This document shows, piece by piece, positions 30,505 to 42,454 of a stretch of DNA of 64,000 nucleotides. Origin of the DNA: an uncultured delta proteobacterium (GTDB lineage Bacteria > Desulfobacterota > Binatia > UBA9968); NCBI GenBank assembly GCA_963745035.1, contig CAVUVW010000021.1, positions 64,001 through 128,000 on the forward strand, written 5' to 3'. Position 1 is the first letter of the stretch. Every line of letters starts with the position of its first letter. The notes beneath the pieces were generated by a model. The model saw only the letters and a program-made list of their open reading frames with translations, had not been told where the DNA came from and searched no databases. The translations under genes and the position numbers were made by a program.

Positions 30505-31793
30505 TCAGGTCGCCAGAGCAGAATTTTTCCAGCTTACGGTAAAGCGTGCGCGTGGAGATGCCGAGCGCCTCCGCGGCTTTGGCCTTGTTTCCATGAGTCT
30601 GTCGAAGCGCTTCCTCGATAACGCTGCGCTCGCCCTCCTCGATATTGCGGATCGCTCTCGTGCCGATTTCCTCGCGCCGTCCGGTCGCGTAGTGCTGCAA
30701 GTTCATGGGAAGGTCGCTGATAGTAATGTAATCGCCGTCCGAAACCATCACGGCGCTTTCGATAACACTCTGCAGCTCGCGGATGTTTCCCGGCCACGGA
30801 TAATCGAGGAACAGCGCTTTGGCCGAGCTGGTGAGCTTTTTGAGCGGCTTTTGATATTGGCCGCAGGCTTGATACACGAAATTCGCGATCAGCAGAATCA
30901 TGTCTTCTCTGCGCTCGCGCAGCGCCGGCAGCATGATGCGCGCGCTATTCAAGCGAAAGTAGAGGTCCTTGCGAAAGCCCGTGCCGCTGGATCGCCTCTT
31001 CGAGCTTCTTTGTTGGTGGCGGCGATGATGCGCACGTCGCTGGTTTTAACGGCTCGACTCGCCGACTCGGTAGTATTGGCGCGTTTCGAGAAAACGCAGA
31101 AGCTTTAGCTGGATCGCCGGAGCCAAGTCGCCGATCTCGTCCAAAAAGAGCGTGCCGCCTTCGGCCGCCTCGATCAATCCTTTCTTGTTTCGGTCGGCGC
31201 CCGTAAACGCGCCTTTCACATAGCCGAACAGCTCGCTTTCGACGAGAGTCTCGGGAATCGCCGTCATGTTGCAGCCGACGAAGGGTTTATCGGCGCGCGG
31301 GCCACGGGCATGAATGTACTGCGCCATCACTTCCTTGCCCGTGCCGGTCTCGCCGGTGATCAACACGGTGATATCGTGCATGGCGTAACGATTGGCGAGG
31401 TTTACCACTTCGTGAAACAGCGGGGTTTCGCCGATCATCACCGGCGCTTTGATGCGCATGTGGATGATTGGTTTCCGGCGCAGCATATGGCGGCGTGGCC
31501 GAACAGGCCGTACAGATCCCTGCAGGTGAAGCGGGTCGTAGCAGATCAGCGCGAGATGCGCCGACTTGGCGCGCAGACGATCGGTAAAGTCGTTCCAGCC
31601 CTGGCCGTGGCACAAGGTCAGGTCGGCGAAAATGACTTTTTGTTGCTCGGCGGGGAACGCCGCCAGAACTCGCTCGGCTTCTTCGACCGAGCGGCTGACG
31701 TGAACCGAGCAGTCGCGCGCCTCGGCGAGTTTTGAAATGCCGTTCAGAGGAGCGTCAGTCGGGATGGATGATCAGCGCCAGGGGTTTTAGCAT
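30505..31793 (-). CDS. Sigma54-dependent enhancer-binding protein (atypical receiver-like domain, AAA+, Fis HTH), several frameshifts
   Basis: [55 protein letters not shown]. Confidence 0.9.
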
Positions 31794-31799
31794 CGAACG

Positions 31800-33251
31800 T
31801 CACTCTGGAGCCGGCGAGCTGGGTAGGATCACCATGTTTTCGAGGGAATCGGCGAGCAATTGACGCGAAATCTGCGGCGCTGTGCCGAGATAGTTGCACG
31901 CCGCGATCACGTGCTCGGCAATAAACTTGGGATGAAATCCCGCGAACGGAATTTTGTGCTTGAGATAAAATGTATTGAATAAATAGGCCATGATCTCTTC
32001 GGAAAATTCCAAGCCGTACGAGTCGCAGATGCGCTGGAAGATTTCCTTGAACTCGTCGGCGGTCGGCGGATTGATCTTCATCTTGTAGTGGATGCGCCGC
32101 AGCTGCGCCGGGTCCATGAGCTCTTCGGGCGGAAAGTTCGTCGCGAATATTACCAGTTGATCGAACAATAACGCAAACTTCTTTCCGGTGTGCAGGGTGA
32201 GATAGTCGACCTTGCGTTCGAGGGGGAAAATCCAGCGGTTCAACAGCTCGTGCGGGCGCACCCGCTGGCGGCCGAAATCGTCGATCACGAACACGCCGCC
32301 GATGGCTTTCATCTGCAGCGGTGCTTCGTAGTATTTCGAATGCGGATCGAAATCCAAATCGAGCATCTCCAGCGTGAGCTCACCGCCCGAGATCAAGTAG
32401 GGCCGTTTGCAGCGCACCCAACGCGGATCGTGCTGGAGATGCGGCAGAAGGATCGGATTGGTATTGCCGTTGGCGCCGTTGTTCATGGGGAACGCGACAT
32501 GGACGGACGGATCGTAGATCTTGATGATCTGACCGTCGGCTTCGATGGCGTAGGGCACGTAGACAGGCTGCTCAAAGGCGTTGGCCAGAGCCTCGGCGAT
32601 CGAAGTCTTACCGTTGCCGGCCGCGCCGTAGATCAAAATGGCCCGGCCGGAGTTGGACGCCGGACCGAGCCGGCGGACCACCTCCTCGGACAAAACCAAG
32701 TGCGACGTGGCTTTCTTGAGTTGTTCGATGCCGATAACTTCGTTGGTGATGGTCTGTTTTTGGACCTGGGTCTGATAGGTTTCCAGCGGAATCGGCACCG
32801 GCCCTATGTATTCGCAGCGGCGCAGCGCTTCACTCGCCCGTTCCTTGCCCGCGTTGGTGAGCGCATAGCGCATGATGTTGTAGCTCTTCTCCGATGGACC
32901 GCGGATTTCGACGAGCGCATCCTTCTTCGCGAAGTTCAGCAGATCCTCGACCACCGGGCGGGTGAGCTTGATCTCTTCGGAGAGATCAGGGATCGTCTGC
33001 AGTTGCGAAACGTACATCGTTCGCAGCAGACAGTTGAGCAGAAAGTTCATGTCGAGACCGGTCTCGGCGGGGCTCTTGGCGACCGGCGGAGGCTCTTGAA
33101 GGATGGCTTCGAGATGCTCGCGACTGATATAGCCAAGCGCCACCAAGTTGTCGCCAAGCCGACCACCGGCGATCTTCTGTTGGTGCACAACCCTGTCGAG
33201 TTGCTCCTGACTGATGATCCCCTTTGTTAGGAGAAGTTCGCCGATGGCCAT
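31800..33251 (-). CDS. P-loop AAA-type ATPase with N-terminal MshEN-like domain
   Basis: AIGELLLTKGIISQEQL...Q-KIAGG-RLGDNLVALGYIS; Walker A GAAGNGKT; Walker B FVIDDFGRQ. Confidence 0.85.
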   Translation of the reverse strand: MAIGELLLTKGIISQEQLDRVVHQQKIAGGRLGDNLVALGYISREHLEAILQEPPPVAKSPAETGLDMNFLLNCLLRTMYVSQLQTIPDLSEEIKLTRPVVEDLLNFAKKDALVEIRGPSEKSYNIMRYALTNAGKERASEALRRCEYIGPVPIPLETYQTQVQKQTITNEVIGIEQLKKATSHLVLSEEVVRRLGPASNSGRAILIYGAAGNGKTSIAEALANAFEQPVYVPYAIEADGQIIKIYDPSVHVAFPMNNGANGNTNPILLPHLQHDPRWVRCKRPYLISGGELTLEMLDLDFDPHSKYYEAPLQMKAIGGVFVIDDFGRQRVRPHELLNRWIFPLERKVDYLTLHTGKKFALLFDQLVIFATNFPPEELMDPAQLRRIHYKMKINPPTADEFKEIFQRICDSYGLEFSEEIMAYLFNTFYLKHKIPFAGFHPKFIAEHVIAACNYLGTAPQISRQLLADSLENMVILPSSPAPE

Positions 33252-33338
33252 GAAGTTGCGCGGGTGATTAAGAAAAAAATGTTGTGTTTACGGGCGGCAG
33301 CATTTATATTCCCGATATAGTCCGCAAAAAACCGTTTC

Positions 33339-33366
33339 ATTATAGGTGATCGCTACGACCTGTCAA
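33339..33366 (-). promoter_or_regulatory. Sigma70-type promoter of the ATPase/activator/protease operon
   Basis: Minus strand TTGACA-N16-TATAAT. Confidence 0.7.
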
Positions 33367-33407
33367 GAAAACTTCCAGGGCAGGCTCTGGCAGAGAGAGA
33401 CTGCGCC

Positions 33408-35978
33408 ATGAACATGTGGAAAATCAAGTCGTATTGGTTGCTCGTAGCCTGGCTGGCGAGCGGCTGCGCTTTCATGAGCGACAGCGCAACAAAAAAGCCG
33501 GCGCCGACGGGTCTGATCGCCACTCCCGAGTCGTACTACAGCACCGCTAAGGCGCGTTATCTGGGTAGCAAGTACAAGGATAACCTGGACCGTCTGACCG
33601 AGAGGATCGTGCGCAACTCGACCACGTCGCCACTGCAGTTCGCCAACAATATCTCGTCGGTCGGCGGCATCGGCTTTTTTACCCATTCCGCAACCAAGAC
33701 TCCCGACGAGCGTTATCTCGAGGTCGTGCTCGCCATGCCCGAGACCTTTGAAACCAAGGGCGAATATAGCGACAAGGTGAATCAACTGTTTTCCCGTTAT
33801 GGCTATGATCTGCTTTCGATTTTGGCGGGCGACAGCGAGATTTATGAGGACAAGGAGTTAGCGGGCTACGGTCTCAATCTCACTTGGCGCAACGTGATCT
33901 CGGATTCGCCCGCGAATCGCGTTGCCCTGGCCCGGGCAATTATTTATTTTCACAAGGAGCGGGTCGCAAATTTCCTGCGGCGCAAAGTCAGCGGGAACGA
34001 ATTACTGGGCGATGCGGTGATTTTCGCCGTGGAAGACGACGGTCCGCTCAATTTGGTCTCTTATCAACCGCGCGAAATCAAGCCCGATTTTCGTCCGGCG
34101 ATCCGCGAGGACAATTTAGTCGCAGGAACGCCGGCGGCGGAGGCGGCAAAGACCTCCGGACAAAAGCTCGAAGCAAAAGCCGACGCGACGAAAAAGGACA
34201 TGCCGGCGGCCGAGGCGGCAAGTCCGCGGACCACGGGCACACAATCCGCGGACGAAAATCCGCAGGTAGATCCGTCTGCATCCCCTGCGGCGGATTCGCT
34301 GTTGGTTTCACAACCAGTTAAAAACGCCGAGATCGCCGAACAACCGGCTTCGGCAAAGCTGGATGCGGAACCGGAAAAGATCGCACGCGCCAATCAGCCG
34401 GTCGAGGCACGCTCGATCAAGCCCATACCTGAAATGGTGTTGCCGAAACCGGCGCCGCCGAATCTGTCCGAGCCGGCACTCAAGTTGGAACGACCCAAGG
34501 ATACCGGCAAGGCGCCCGTTGCCGCCGCTGCCCCCGTCGCCAAAGCTGAGCCGGCGAAACTCCCGAGCGAGAAGAAGCCGCCGGAGCCGCAGCGCGCGGA
34601 GAACGCGGCGCCAAAGCCGCTCGCGGATTCGGCAAAGCAGACGCCATCCCCGCGCGCTGAAATCGCGCTGCCGCAAGAGCCTGCGGAGGCGCCGGCGGCG
34701 GAAGTGAAAAATATTGAATCTCAGTCGAAGCGGGCTGAAAACAGGGAAAAGCCCGCCGTCGCCAATCTTACGCCAAAACCCGCCAGCGTGCCGGCGGTCG
34801 CCAAGCTGCAAGAAGCCAAGAGCGCGGAAATCGCCGTAACCTCATCGCCCCTTGCGGAAACGCCTGCGCCGCGGTCAGTCGAGAGAAAAGTTCCTGCTAT
34901 CGCGCCACCGACGGCCAAACCGGAGACGCGCGAGCCCGCCATCGAGCCTGCGCCGTCGGAAGTCGCATCAACCTCGAAGGAAGCTTCAAAAGCGCCGCAA
35001 AAGCCCGCGGCAGCACCGGTGATCGATGCAGCCAAGCAGGCGCTGCGCCCTGAGATCGCTCTGGCGCCCATTGCGAAATCTCCGGCGCCAGTGGAGGTCA
35101 AACCGGTGGAGACCGCCAAAGCGCCGGTCGAAGAGAAAAAGATCGAGACCAAAAGTCGCACGCTCGGCGCGCCGCCGGCTGCGAAAACTGACGCACCTGC
35201 CGCCGTAGCTGTGGCCCCCGAGCCGGTTAGAGCGGCCGAGGTCAAACGAGAGATAGCGGCGGCTCGTCCACCCGCGGAAAAGCCGGTTGAAACCCCGGTG
35301 GCACGCAAAGCTGAACCGGCTGCACCCTCACCGGTTGCGAAAACCGAAGTCCGGGAAACGATCAAGCCAGCGCCGGTGCCGGTTGTCGCACCCAATCAGG
35401 ATCGAGTCGTCCCGGCTGCCGAGACGATTAAAGTGACCGAGGTCAAACGACCGGAGATAGCGGCGGCTCGTCCACCCGCGGAAAAGCCGGCTGAAATCCC
35501 GGCGGCGCATAAAACTGAGCCGGCTCCACCACCGACGCTCATAGCAAAAACCGAAGTCCGCGAAATGAATAAACCGGCGGTGCCTGCGCCAGCGGTTATC
35601 GCGCCCCAGCAGGACAGAATCGTCAAGGCGCCCGCGCCGGAACAGCTCGCGTTGGCAAGAACGCCGATCGCGCCGTCGGTCGAGAGCGCGCCGCTCGCGC
35701 GCCCCGTGCCCAAGCCGCTCCAGGGGTTTATTATTCAAGTGGCGTTCGCCGACAAGCAGAAGGCGCAGAGCTGGGCGGAGAAAATGACCCAGCGCGGCTA
35801 CGCTGTGTCGGTTACCGAAGCCGGAGCCGAGGGGGCGCTGCGCGTGCGCTTGGGAAATTTTTCGCTCCGCGACGAAGCGGAACGCCAGCTCCAAAGCTTC
35901 AAGCAAGAAGGCATGAACGGCATCATCATCAATTTGCCGCAAGCCTTCCGGCCCGAAGCGCGCTCGTCGGTGCCTTAG
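33408..35978 (+). CDS. Lipoprotein with N-terminal globular domain, very long Pro/Ala/Lys/Glu linker and C-terminal SPOR domain
   Basis: Lipobox LASG-C at residue 20; C-terminal FIIQVAF...RVRLGNFSLRDEA. Confidence 0.85.
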   Translation: MNMWKIKSYWLLVAWLASGCAFMSDSATKKPAPTGLIATPESYYSTAKARYLGSKYKDNLDRLTERIVRNSTTSPLQFANNISSVGGIGFFTHSATKTPDERYLEVVLAMPETFETKGEYSDKVNQLFSRYGYDLLSILAGDSEIYEDKELAGYGLNLTWRNVISDSPANRVALARAIIYFHKERVANFLRRKVSGNELLGDAVIFAVEDDGPLNLVSYQPREIKPDFRPAIREDNLVAGTPAAEAAKTSGQKLEAKADATKKDMPAAEAASPRTTGTQSADENPQVDPSASPAADSLLVSQPVKNAEIAEQPASAKLDAEPEKIARANQPVEARSIKPIPEMVLPKPAPPNLSEPALKLERPKDTGKAPVAAAAPVAKAEPAKLPSEKKPPEPQRAENAAPKPLADSAKQTPSPRAEIALPQEPAEAPAAEVKNIESQSKRAENREKPAVANLTPKPASVPAVAKLQEAKSAEIAVTSSPLAETPAPRSVERKVPAIAPPTAKPETREPAIEPAPSEVASTSKEASKAPQKPAAAPVIDAAKQALRPEIALAPIAKSPAPVEVKPVETAKAPVEEKKIETKSRTLGAPPAAKTDAPAAVAVAPEPVRAAEVKREIAAARPPAEKPVETPVARKAEPAAPSPVAKTEVRETIKPAPVPVVAPNQDRVVPAAETIKVTEVKRPEIAAARPPAEKPAEIPAAHKTEPAPPPTLIAKTEVREMNKPAVPAPAVIAPQQDRIVKAPAPEQLALARTPIAPSVESAPLARPVPKPLQGFIIQVAFADKQKAQSWAEKMTQRGYAVSVTEAGAEGALRVRLGNFSLRDEAERQLQSFKQEGMNGIIINLPQAFRPEARSSVP
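35238..35624 (+). repeat. Intragenic ~180-bp direct duplication in the SPOR linker
   Basis: GAGGTCAAACGA...GAGATAGCGGCGGCTCGTCCACCCGCGGAAAAGCCGG at 35238 and 35439. Confidence 0.85.
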
Positions 35979-36017
35979 ACCGGGCTAAACGATTTACGAT
36001 CCCGGCGCTGCGCCTGT

Positions 36018-37466
36018 TCAGGCTCCGGGTTTGAGCTTCTCACGGAGAACTTCGTTGACCTTCTGCGGGTTGGCCTTGCCCGCGGTCGCCTTCATAATTT
36101 GACCGACGAAAAAGCCAAAAACTTTTTCGTTGCCGGAAAGATACTGCGCCAGTTGTTTGGGGTTGGCCGCCAAAACTTGATCGACGGCCGCCTCGATGCT
36201 GCTCGGGTCGGAGATCTGCTCCAAGCCTTTTTCACTGACGATCTGCCGCGGTGTTCGGTCCGACTCCAGCATCTCGTCGAAAACGCTCTTGGCGATCCTG
36301 CCGCTGATTTTGCCTTCGTCGATCAGGCTTACGAGTTCCGCCAGCTGCGCCGCCGTTACCGGCCAGCGCGCGATGTACAACTGCTCGTCGAGCCGGCGCT
36401 CTTTCAGCACGCGAAACAGCTCGCCGGCGATCCAGTTGCCGAGCGCTTTCGCATTGGGGTGAATCTTTACGGCTTGCTCGAAATAATCAGCGATGTCTTT
36501 GCGGCCGGTGAGCAGGTCCGCGTCGTACGCGGAGAGTGCGTAGTCGGATAAAAAGCGCGCCCTGCGCGCCGCGGGAAGCTCGGGCAAAGCGGCGCGGAGC
36601 TCGGCGATCCACCTCTCCTCGATGATCAGCGGCGGCAAGTCGGGGTCGGGAAAATAGCGGTAATCGTGCGCCGATTCCTTCGAGCGCATGGAGCGCGTCT
36701 GCTCGCGCTGCTCGTCCCACAGCCGGGTTTCCTGAATCAGCTTGCCGCCGCCGGAGAGAGTATCGGTCTGCCTTTCGATCTCGAACGCGAGCGCGCTTTC
36801 GACGGCGCGAAACGAGTTCAGGTTCTTGATCTCGATTTTTGTCCCCAAAGCTTCGCTGCCCTCGGGGCGAACCGAAACGTTGGCGTCGCAGCGAAAGCTG
36901 CCTTGTTCCATGTTGCCGTCGCAGACGCCGAGATACTGGAGGATAACTCGGAGAGTGCGCAGGTAGGCGCCGGCTTCCGCGCTCGAGCGCAGATCGGGCT
37001 CGCTGACGATTTCCAAAAGCGGCACTCCGGCGCGATTGAGATCGACGAGACTCGAGTCGCCGTGGGCGTCGTGGATATTTTTTCCGGCGTCTTCCTCGAT
37101 GTGGATACGGGTAAGGCGCACGCGCTTCGGCGACCCGTCGACGTCGATGTCGATATAACCGTTCCTGCAAAGCGGCAGCTCATACTGGCTGATTTGATAA
37201 CCCTTGGGCAGATCCGGATAAAAATAGTTTTTGCGCGCGAGCACGCTCGACCGCGCGATGTCGCAATGGGCAGCCAGCCCGGCCTTGATCGCCAGCTCGA
37301 CCACGCGCTTGTTCAATACCGGCAGCACGCCGGGCAGGCCGGCGCAGACCGGACAGGCGTTTTCGTTGGGCGCGCGGCCGAACGCCGTCGAGCAGCCGCA
37401 GAAAATCTTCGACTCGGTGAGGAGCTGGGCGTGGACTTCCAGTCCGATGACGGGCTCGTAGCTCAT
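36018..37466 (-). CDS. gatB: Asp/Glu-tRNA amidotransferase subunit B
   Basis: [57 protein letters not shown]. Confidence 0.98.
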   Translation of the reverse strand: MSYEPVIGLEVHAQLLTESKIFCGCSTAFGRAPNENACPVCAGLPGVLPVLNKRVVELAIKAGLAAHCDIARSSVLARKNYFYPDLPKGYQISQYELPLCRNGYIDIDVDGSPKRVRLTRIHIEEDAGKNIHDAHGDSSLVDLNRAGVPLLEIVSEPDLRSSAEAGAYLRTLRVILQYLGVCDGNMEQGSFRCDANVSVRPEGSEALGTKIEIKNLNSFRAVESALAFEIERQTDTLSGGGKLIQETRLWDEQREQTRSMRSKESAHDYRYFPDPDLPPLIIEERWIAELRAALPELPAARRARFLSDYALSAYDADLLTGRKDIADYFEQAVKIHPNAKALGNWIAGELFRVLKERRLDEQLYIARWPVTAAQLAELVSLIDEGKISGRIAKSVFDEMLESDRTPRQIVSEKGLEQISDPSSIEAAVDQVLAANPKQLAQYLSGNEKVFGFFVGQIMKATAGKANPQKVNEVLREKLKPGA

Positions 37467-37485
37467 GGCGTCAAAATTGAGAAGA

Positions 37486-37536
37486 GAGGATAGAGGATCG
37501 AGGATCACGATGATCCATTATCGATCCTCGATACTC
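37486..37536. repeat. Heptamer (GAGGATN) tandem and inverted repeat
   Basis: GAGGATA GAGGATC GAGGATC ... GATCCTC GATACTC at the gatA/gatB junction. Confidence 0.75.
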
Positions 37537-38981
37537 GGCTTTTTTTTGTGCCATTCGGTCGCCTGCTCGTAGTGATGGGCTAGGCGCAGGATCGTCGGCT
37601 CGTCAAAATATTTGCCGATGATTTGCATGCCAATCGGCATTCCGTCATCGTCGAAGCCGCAGGGCAGGGACAGCGCCGGCAGGCCCGCCAGATTGACCGA
37701 GATCGTGCAGATATCCGACAGATACATCTGCAGCGGATCCGCGATCTTCTCGCCCATTTTAAAGGCGGTCGTGGGCGCGGTCGGCGTAACGATCGCATCG
37801 CATTTTTGAAACGCCTGGTCGAAGTCGCGCTTGATCAGCGCGCGCGCGCGCTGGGCCTTCAAATAATACGCGTCGTAATAGCCCGCGGATAGCGCGTAGG
37901 TGCCGAGCATGATGCGCCGCTTCACCTCGGCGCCGAAACCTTGGTCGCGGCTGATCCGATAGGTTTCGGTCAAGTCGCCGGCGTCGGCGCGATAGCCGTA
38001 GCGCATGCCGTCATAGCGCGCCAGGTTCGAGCTCGCCTCGGCGGTGGCGACGATGTAATAAATCGCGACGGCGTATTCGGTGTGCGGCAACGAGATCTCC
38101 TCGATGACGGCGCCGCTTTTTTCGAGCCGGCCGACGGCCACGTGGACCGCTTGCTCCACGGCGCCGGACATGCCGTCGACGAAGTATTCCTTCGGGATGC
38201 CCACGCGCAGGCCCTTGATGTCAGCGCCGAGGGTTTCCGCGTAGCGCGGCACGGCGCGCCGTGCCGAAGTCGCGTCGACGGGGTCGTGGCCGGCGATCGC
38301 CTCGAGCAAAAGTGCCGTATCGCGCACGTCCTTGGTCATCGGTCCGACCTGATCCATCGAGGAGGCGAAGGCGACGATGCCGTAGCGGCTCACCCGGCCG
38401 TAGGTCGGCTTGAGGCCGACGATGCCGCAAAAAGCCGCGGGCTGGCGAATCGAGCCGCCGGTATCGGTGCCGAGGGCGGCGATGCATTGGTCTGCCGCCA
38501 CCGCGGCCGCCGAGCCGCCCGAGGAGCCGCCGGGAATGCGTTCCAGGTTCCACGGATTGCGCGTCGGAAAGAAAGCGGAGTTTTCCACTGAAGAGCCCAT
38601 GGCGAATTCATCGAGATTGGTCTTGCCGATGATCACCGCGCCGGCCGTTCGGAGCTTTTTGACCGCGGTGGCGTCGAACGGCGGAACAAACTCGCCAAGG
38701 ATTTTCGAAGCGCAGGTGGTGCGCATTCCTTGCGTGAGAAAATTGTCCTTGAGGGCGATGGGAATGCCAAGCAGAGGCGAGGCGCCGTCGCGCGCGCGCA
38801 GGCGCTCGTCGGCGCGGCGCGCGCCATCGAGCGCCGCTTCGCTATCGAGGGTCAAGTAGGCGCGGATGCGATCGTCGTCGGCGATGCGCTCGAAAACGGC
38901 TTCGGTGAGCTCCAATGACGTGATCTCGCCGGCGCGCAGTTTTTGCGCGGCGTCGTGAAGGGTCAGCGCGGCAAGGCTCAT
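37518..38981 (-). CDS. gatA: Asp/Glu-tRNA amidotransferase subunit A
   Basis: [43 protein letters not shown]. Confidence 0.98.
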   Translation of the reverse strand: MSLAALTLHDAAQKLRAGEITSLELTEAVFERIADDDRIRAYLTLDSEAALDGARRADERLRARDGASPLLGIPIALKDNFLTQGMRTTCASKILGEFVPPFDATAVKKLRTAGAVIIGKTNLDEFAMGSSVENSAFFPTRNPWNLERIPGGSSGGSAAAVAADQCIAALGTDTGGSIRQPAAFCGIVGLKPTYGRVSRYGIVAFASSMDQVGPMTKDVRDTALLLEAIAGHDPVDATSARRAVPRYAETLGADIKGLRVGIPKEYFVDGMSGAVEQAVHVAVGRLEKSGAVIEEISLPHTEYAVAIYYIVATAEASSNLARYDGMRYGYRADAGDLTETYRISRDQGFGAEVKRRIMLGTYALSAGYYDAYYLKAQRARALIKRDFDQAFQKCDAIVTPTAPTTAFKMGEKIADPLQMYLSDICTISVNLAGLPALSLPCGFDDDGMPIGMQIIGKYFDEPTILRLAHHYEQATEWHKKKPSIEDR

Positions 38982-39265
38982 TCGAGGATTTTGGGAACCT
39001 TGAAGAATGTGCCGTCCCGATCCGGCGCGTTCGCCAGCAGCGCTTCGGGGTCGGGCCGGTTGATCACCGCGTCCTCGCGCAGCGCAGTGTCCGCCTCGAG
39101 GGCGTGGACGAAGGGCTCGACTCCGGTGGTGTCGAGCCGGTTGAGCTGGTCCATATATTCGAGAATATTGTCCAGTTGCCGGGTGAGCTGCGAGACCTCC
39201 TCGGCGCTAAGACGAAGCCGGGCCAGAGCGGCGACCCGTTCGACTTCTTCGACGGTGATCTTCAC
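38978..39265 (-). CDS. gatC: Asp/Glu-tRNA amidotransferase subunit C
   Basis: [34 protein letters not shown]; probable GTG start. Confidence 0.95.
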   Translation of the reverse strand: MKITVEEVERVAALARLRLSAEEVSQLTRQLDNILEYMDQLNRLDTTGVEPFVHALEADTALREDAVINRPDPEALLANAPDRDGTFFKVPKILE

Positions 39266-39384
39266 GGAGATTTTTCTAACACAAGCCTCGCGCGATGCCA
39301 ATCTGCGCCGGCGCAGCGCCTTTCGGCGGGTCCGCAGTCAATTTATTTGCAGTTGCGCCGGCTTTTCGCTAACAATGACGAGCC

Positions 39385-40097
39385 ATGAGCGGCGCGCAGC
39401 TTTCGCTGGGGGGAGAAGACATCGGGCGGGTGGAGTTTCGCTCGTACGAGGAGGAAAGCTACGCGCGCGGCTATCATTCCATCGCCGGTATCGACGAAGT
39501 CGGACGCGGGCCGCTCGCGGGCCCTGTGGTGGCGGCGGCGGTGATCTTGCCGCGCGGCTACGCCCATCCCGATATCAAAGACTCGAAATTGCTGACGGCG
39601 AAGCAGCGGGAAAGAGCGGCGGGAATGATTCAGGAAAGCGCCGTCCGCTGGGCGGTGGGAGTTGCCGGGGTGAAAGAAATCGACCGTTTGAATATTCTTC
39701 AGGCGAGCCTGCTGGCGATGGTCAAGGCGTTGGCGGCACTGAAATCGACCGTCGATTGCGTGCTCATCGACGGCAACCAAACGATACCGTTAGGGTTGTT
39801 CCGCACCGGCAAGTTTGCCGCCGGCAGATCGCTCTACCAAAAATCGATCATCAGAGGCGACCAGCTTTGTCTTTCCATCGCCGCCGCATCGATCGTCGCG
39901 AAAGTGGCGCGCGATCGGATCATGGCGGAGCTGGACCGGCGGTATCCCGACTACGGTTTCGCCGCGCACAAAGGCTATAGCTGCGCGGCCCACTTCGACG
40001 CGCTCCGGCGGTTCGGTCCCTCGCCGGCGCACCGGCGCAGTTTTCGTCCGGTGCGCGCGTTGTGCGAAGACCCAAAAAGCATCGGCCCTCTGTTTGA

Positions 40098-40101
<4 letters not shown>
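39385..40101 (+). CDS. rnhB: Ribonuclease HII
   Basis: GIDEVGRGPLAGPV, DSKLL, IDGN, IAAASIVAKV, HKGY, HRRSF. Confidence 0.97.
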
Positions 40102-41752
<1,651 letters not shown>

Positions 41753-41780
41753 TAAATTTCTTAAATCGTCTTCATCACGG

Positions 41781-42275
41781 CTACGCCCGGCCAATGCTCC
41801 ACAGTTGTCTGGCAACCCAGATACCGAGAAGCACGATGGCCGCAAGCAGCGCGACAAGAAGGATGACGAGGCCGATCACCAGCAGCCAGTCGGCGAGGAC
41901 CGCCCGTTTCGCCGGCCTGCCGAGATACTGCTGCAGCAAATCCACGTTCCTGACATTGCTGCGAAACCAAATGGAAAGAATGTCGCCGAAGATCGGAATG
42001 GCGCCCAGGACCGTGTTGACCGCGATGTTGGCCCCCATGCGGGCGAGCACAACCTTGGGCACGCCCAATTGCGCCGCGACGATGAGAATGAGCGAGCCGG
42101 TGAGATTTGCCAAGAGATCGCCGATGCCGGGAATCACGCTGATGATCGGATCGAGACCGATGCGAATCGACGTGCCGGGGATGGTGAAGCGTTGATCCAG
42201 GAGGTCGGCGAGAAATCTCGCGAACCGCAGGCGGTCGGAGTCGTCGGGGCTACGTTTGTTTGGCAAATATTCCAT
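41781..42275 (-). CDS. DUF4112 family membrane protein
   Basis: LLDQRFTIPGT, GLDPII, IPGIGD, IPIFGD, RN motif. Confidence 0.88.
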   Translation of the reverse strand: MEYLPNKRSPDDSDRLRFARFLADLLDQRFTIPGTSIRIGLDPIISVIPGIGDLLANLTGSLILIVAAQLGVPKVVLARMGANIAVNTVLGAIPIFGDILSIWFRSNVRNVDLLQQYLGRPAKRAVLADWLLVIGLVILLVALLAAIVLLGIWVARQLWSIGRA

Positions 42276-42454
42276 GCGCGCTCTATCCTCAGATGCGATT
42301 TGACCGTCGACGGCCCGGCTGCTTTATAGGCGTAAAGGTGACGCCGGGCCAAAGCCGCGCAGGAAAAATTCGATCGCCTGCTTTTACGTGTTCGAAAGAG
42401 CAGGCTTTGGGAGTTTTGTTCGACCGCCGGCGCAGCAGGTGCGCGTAGGGCGGG

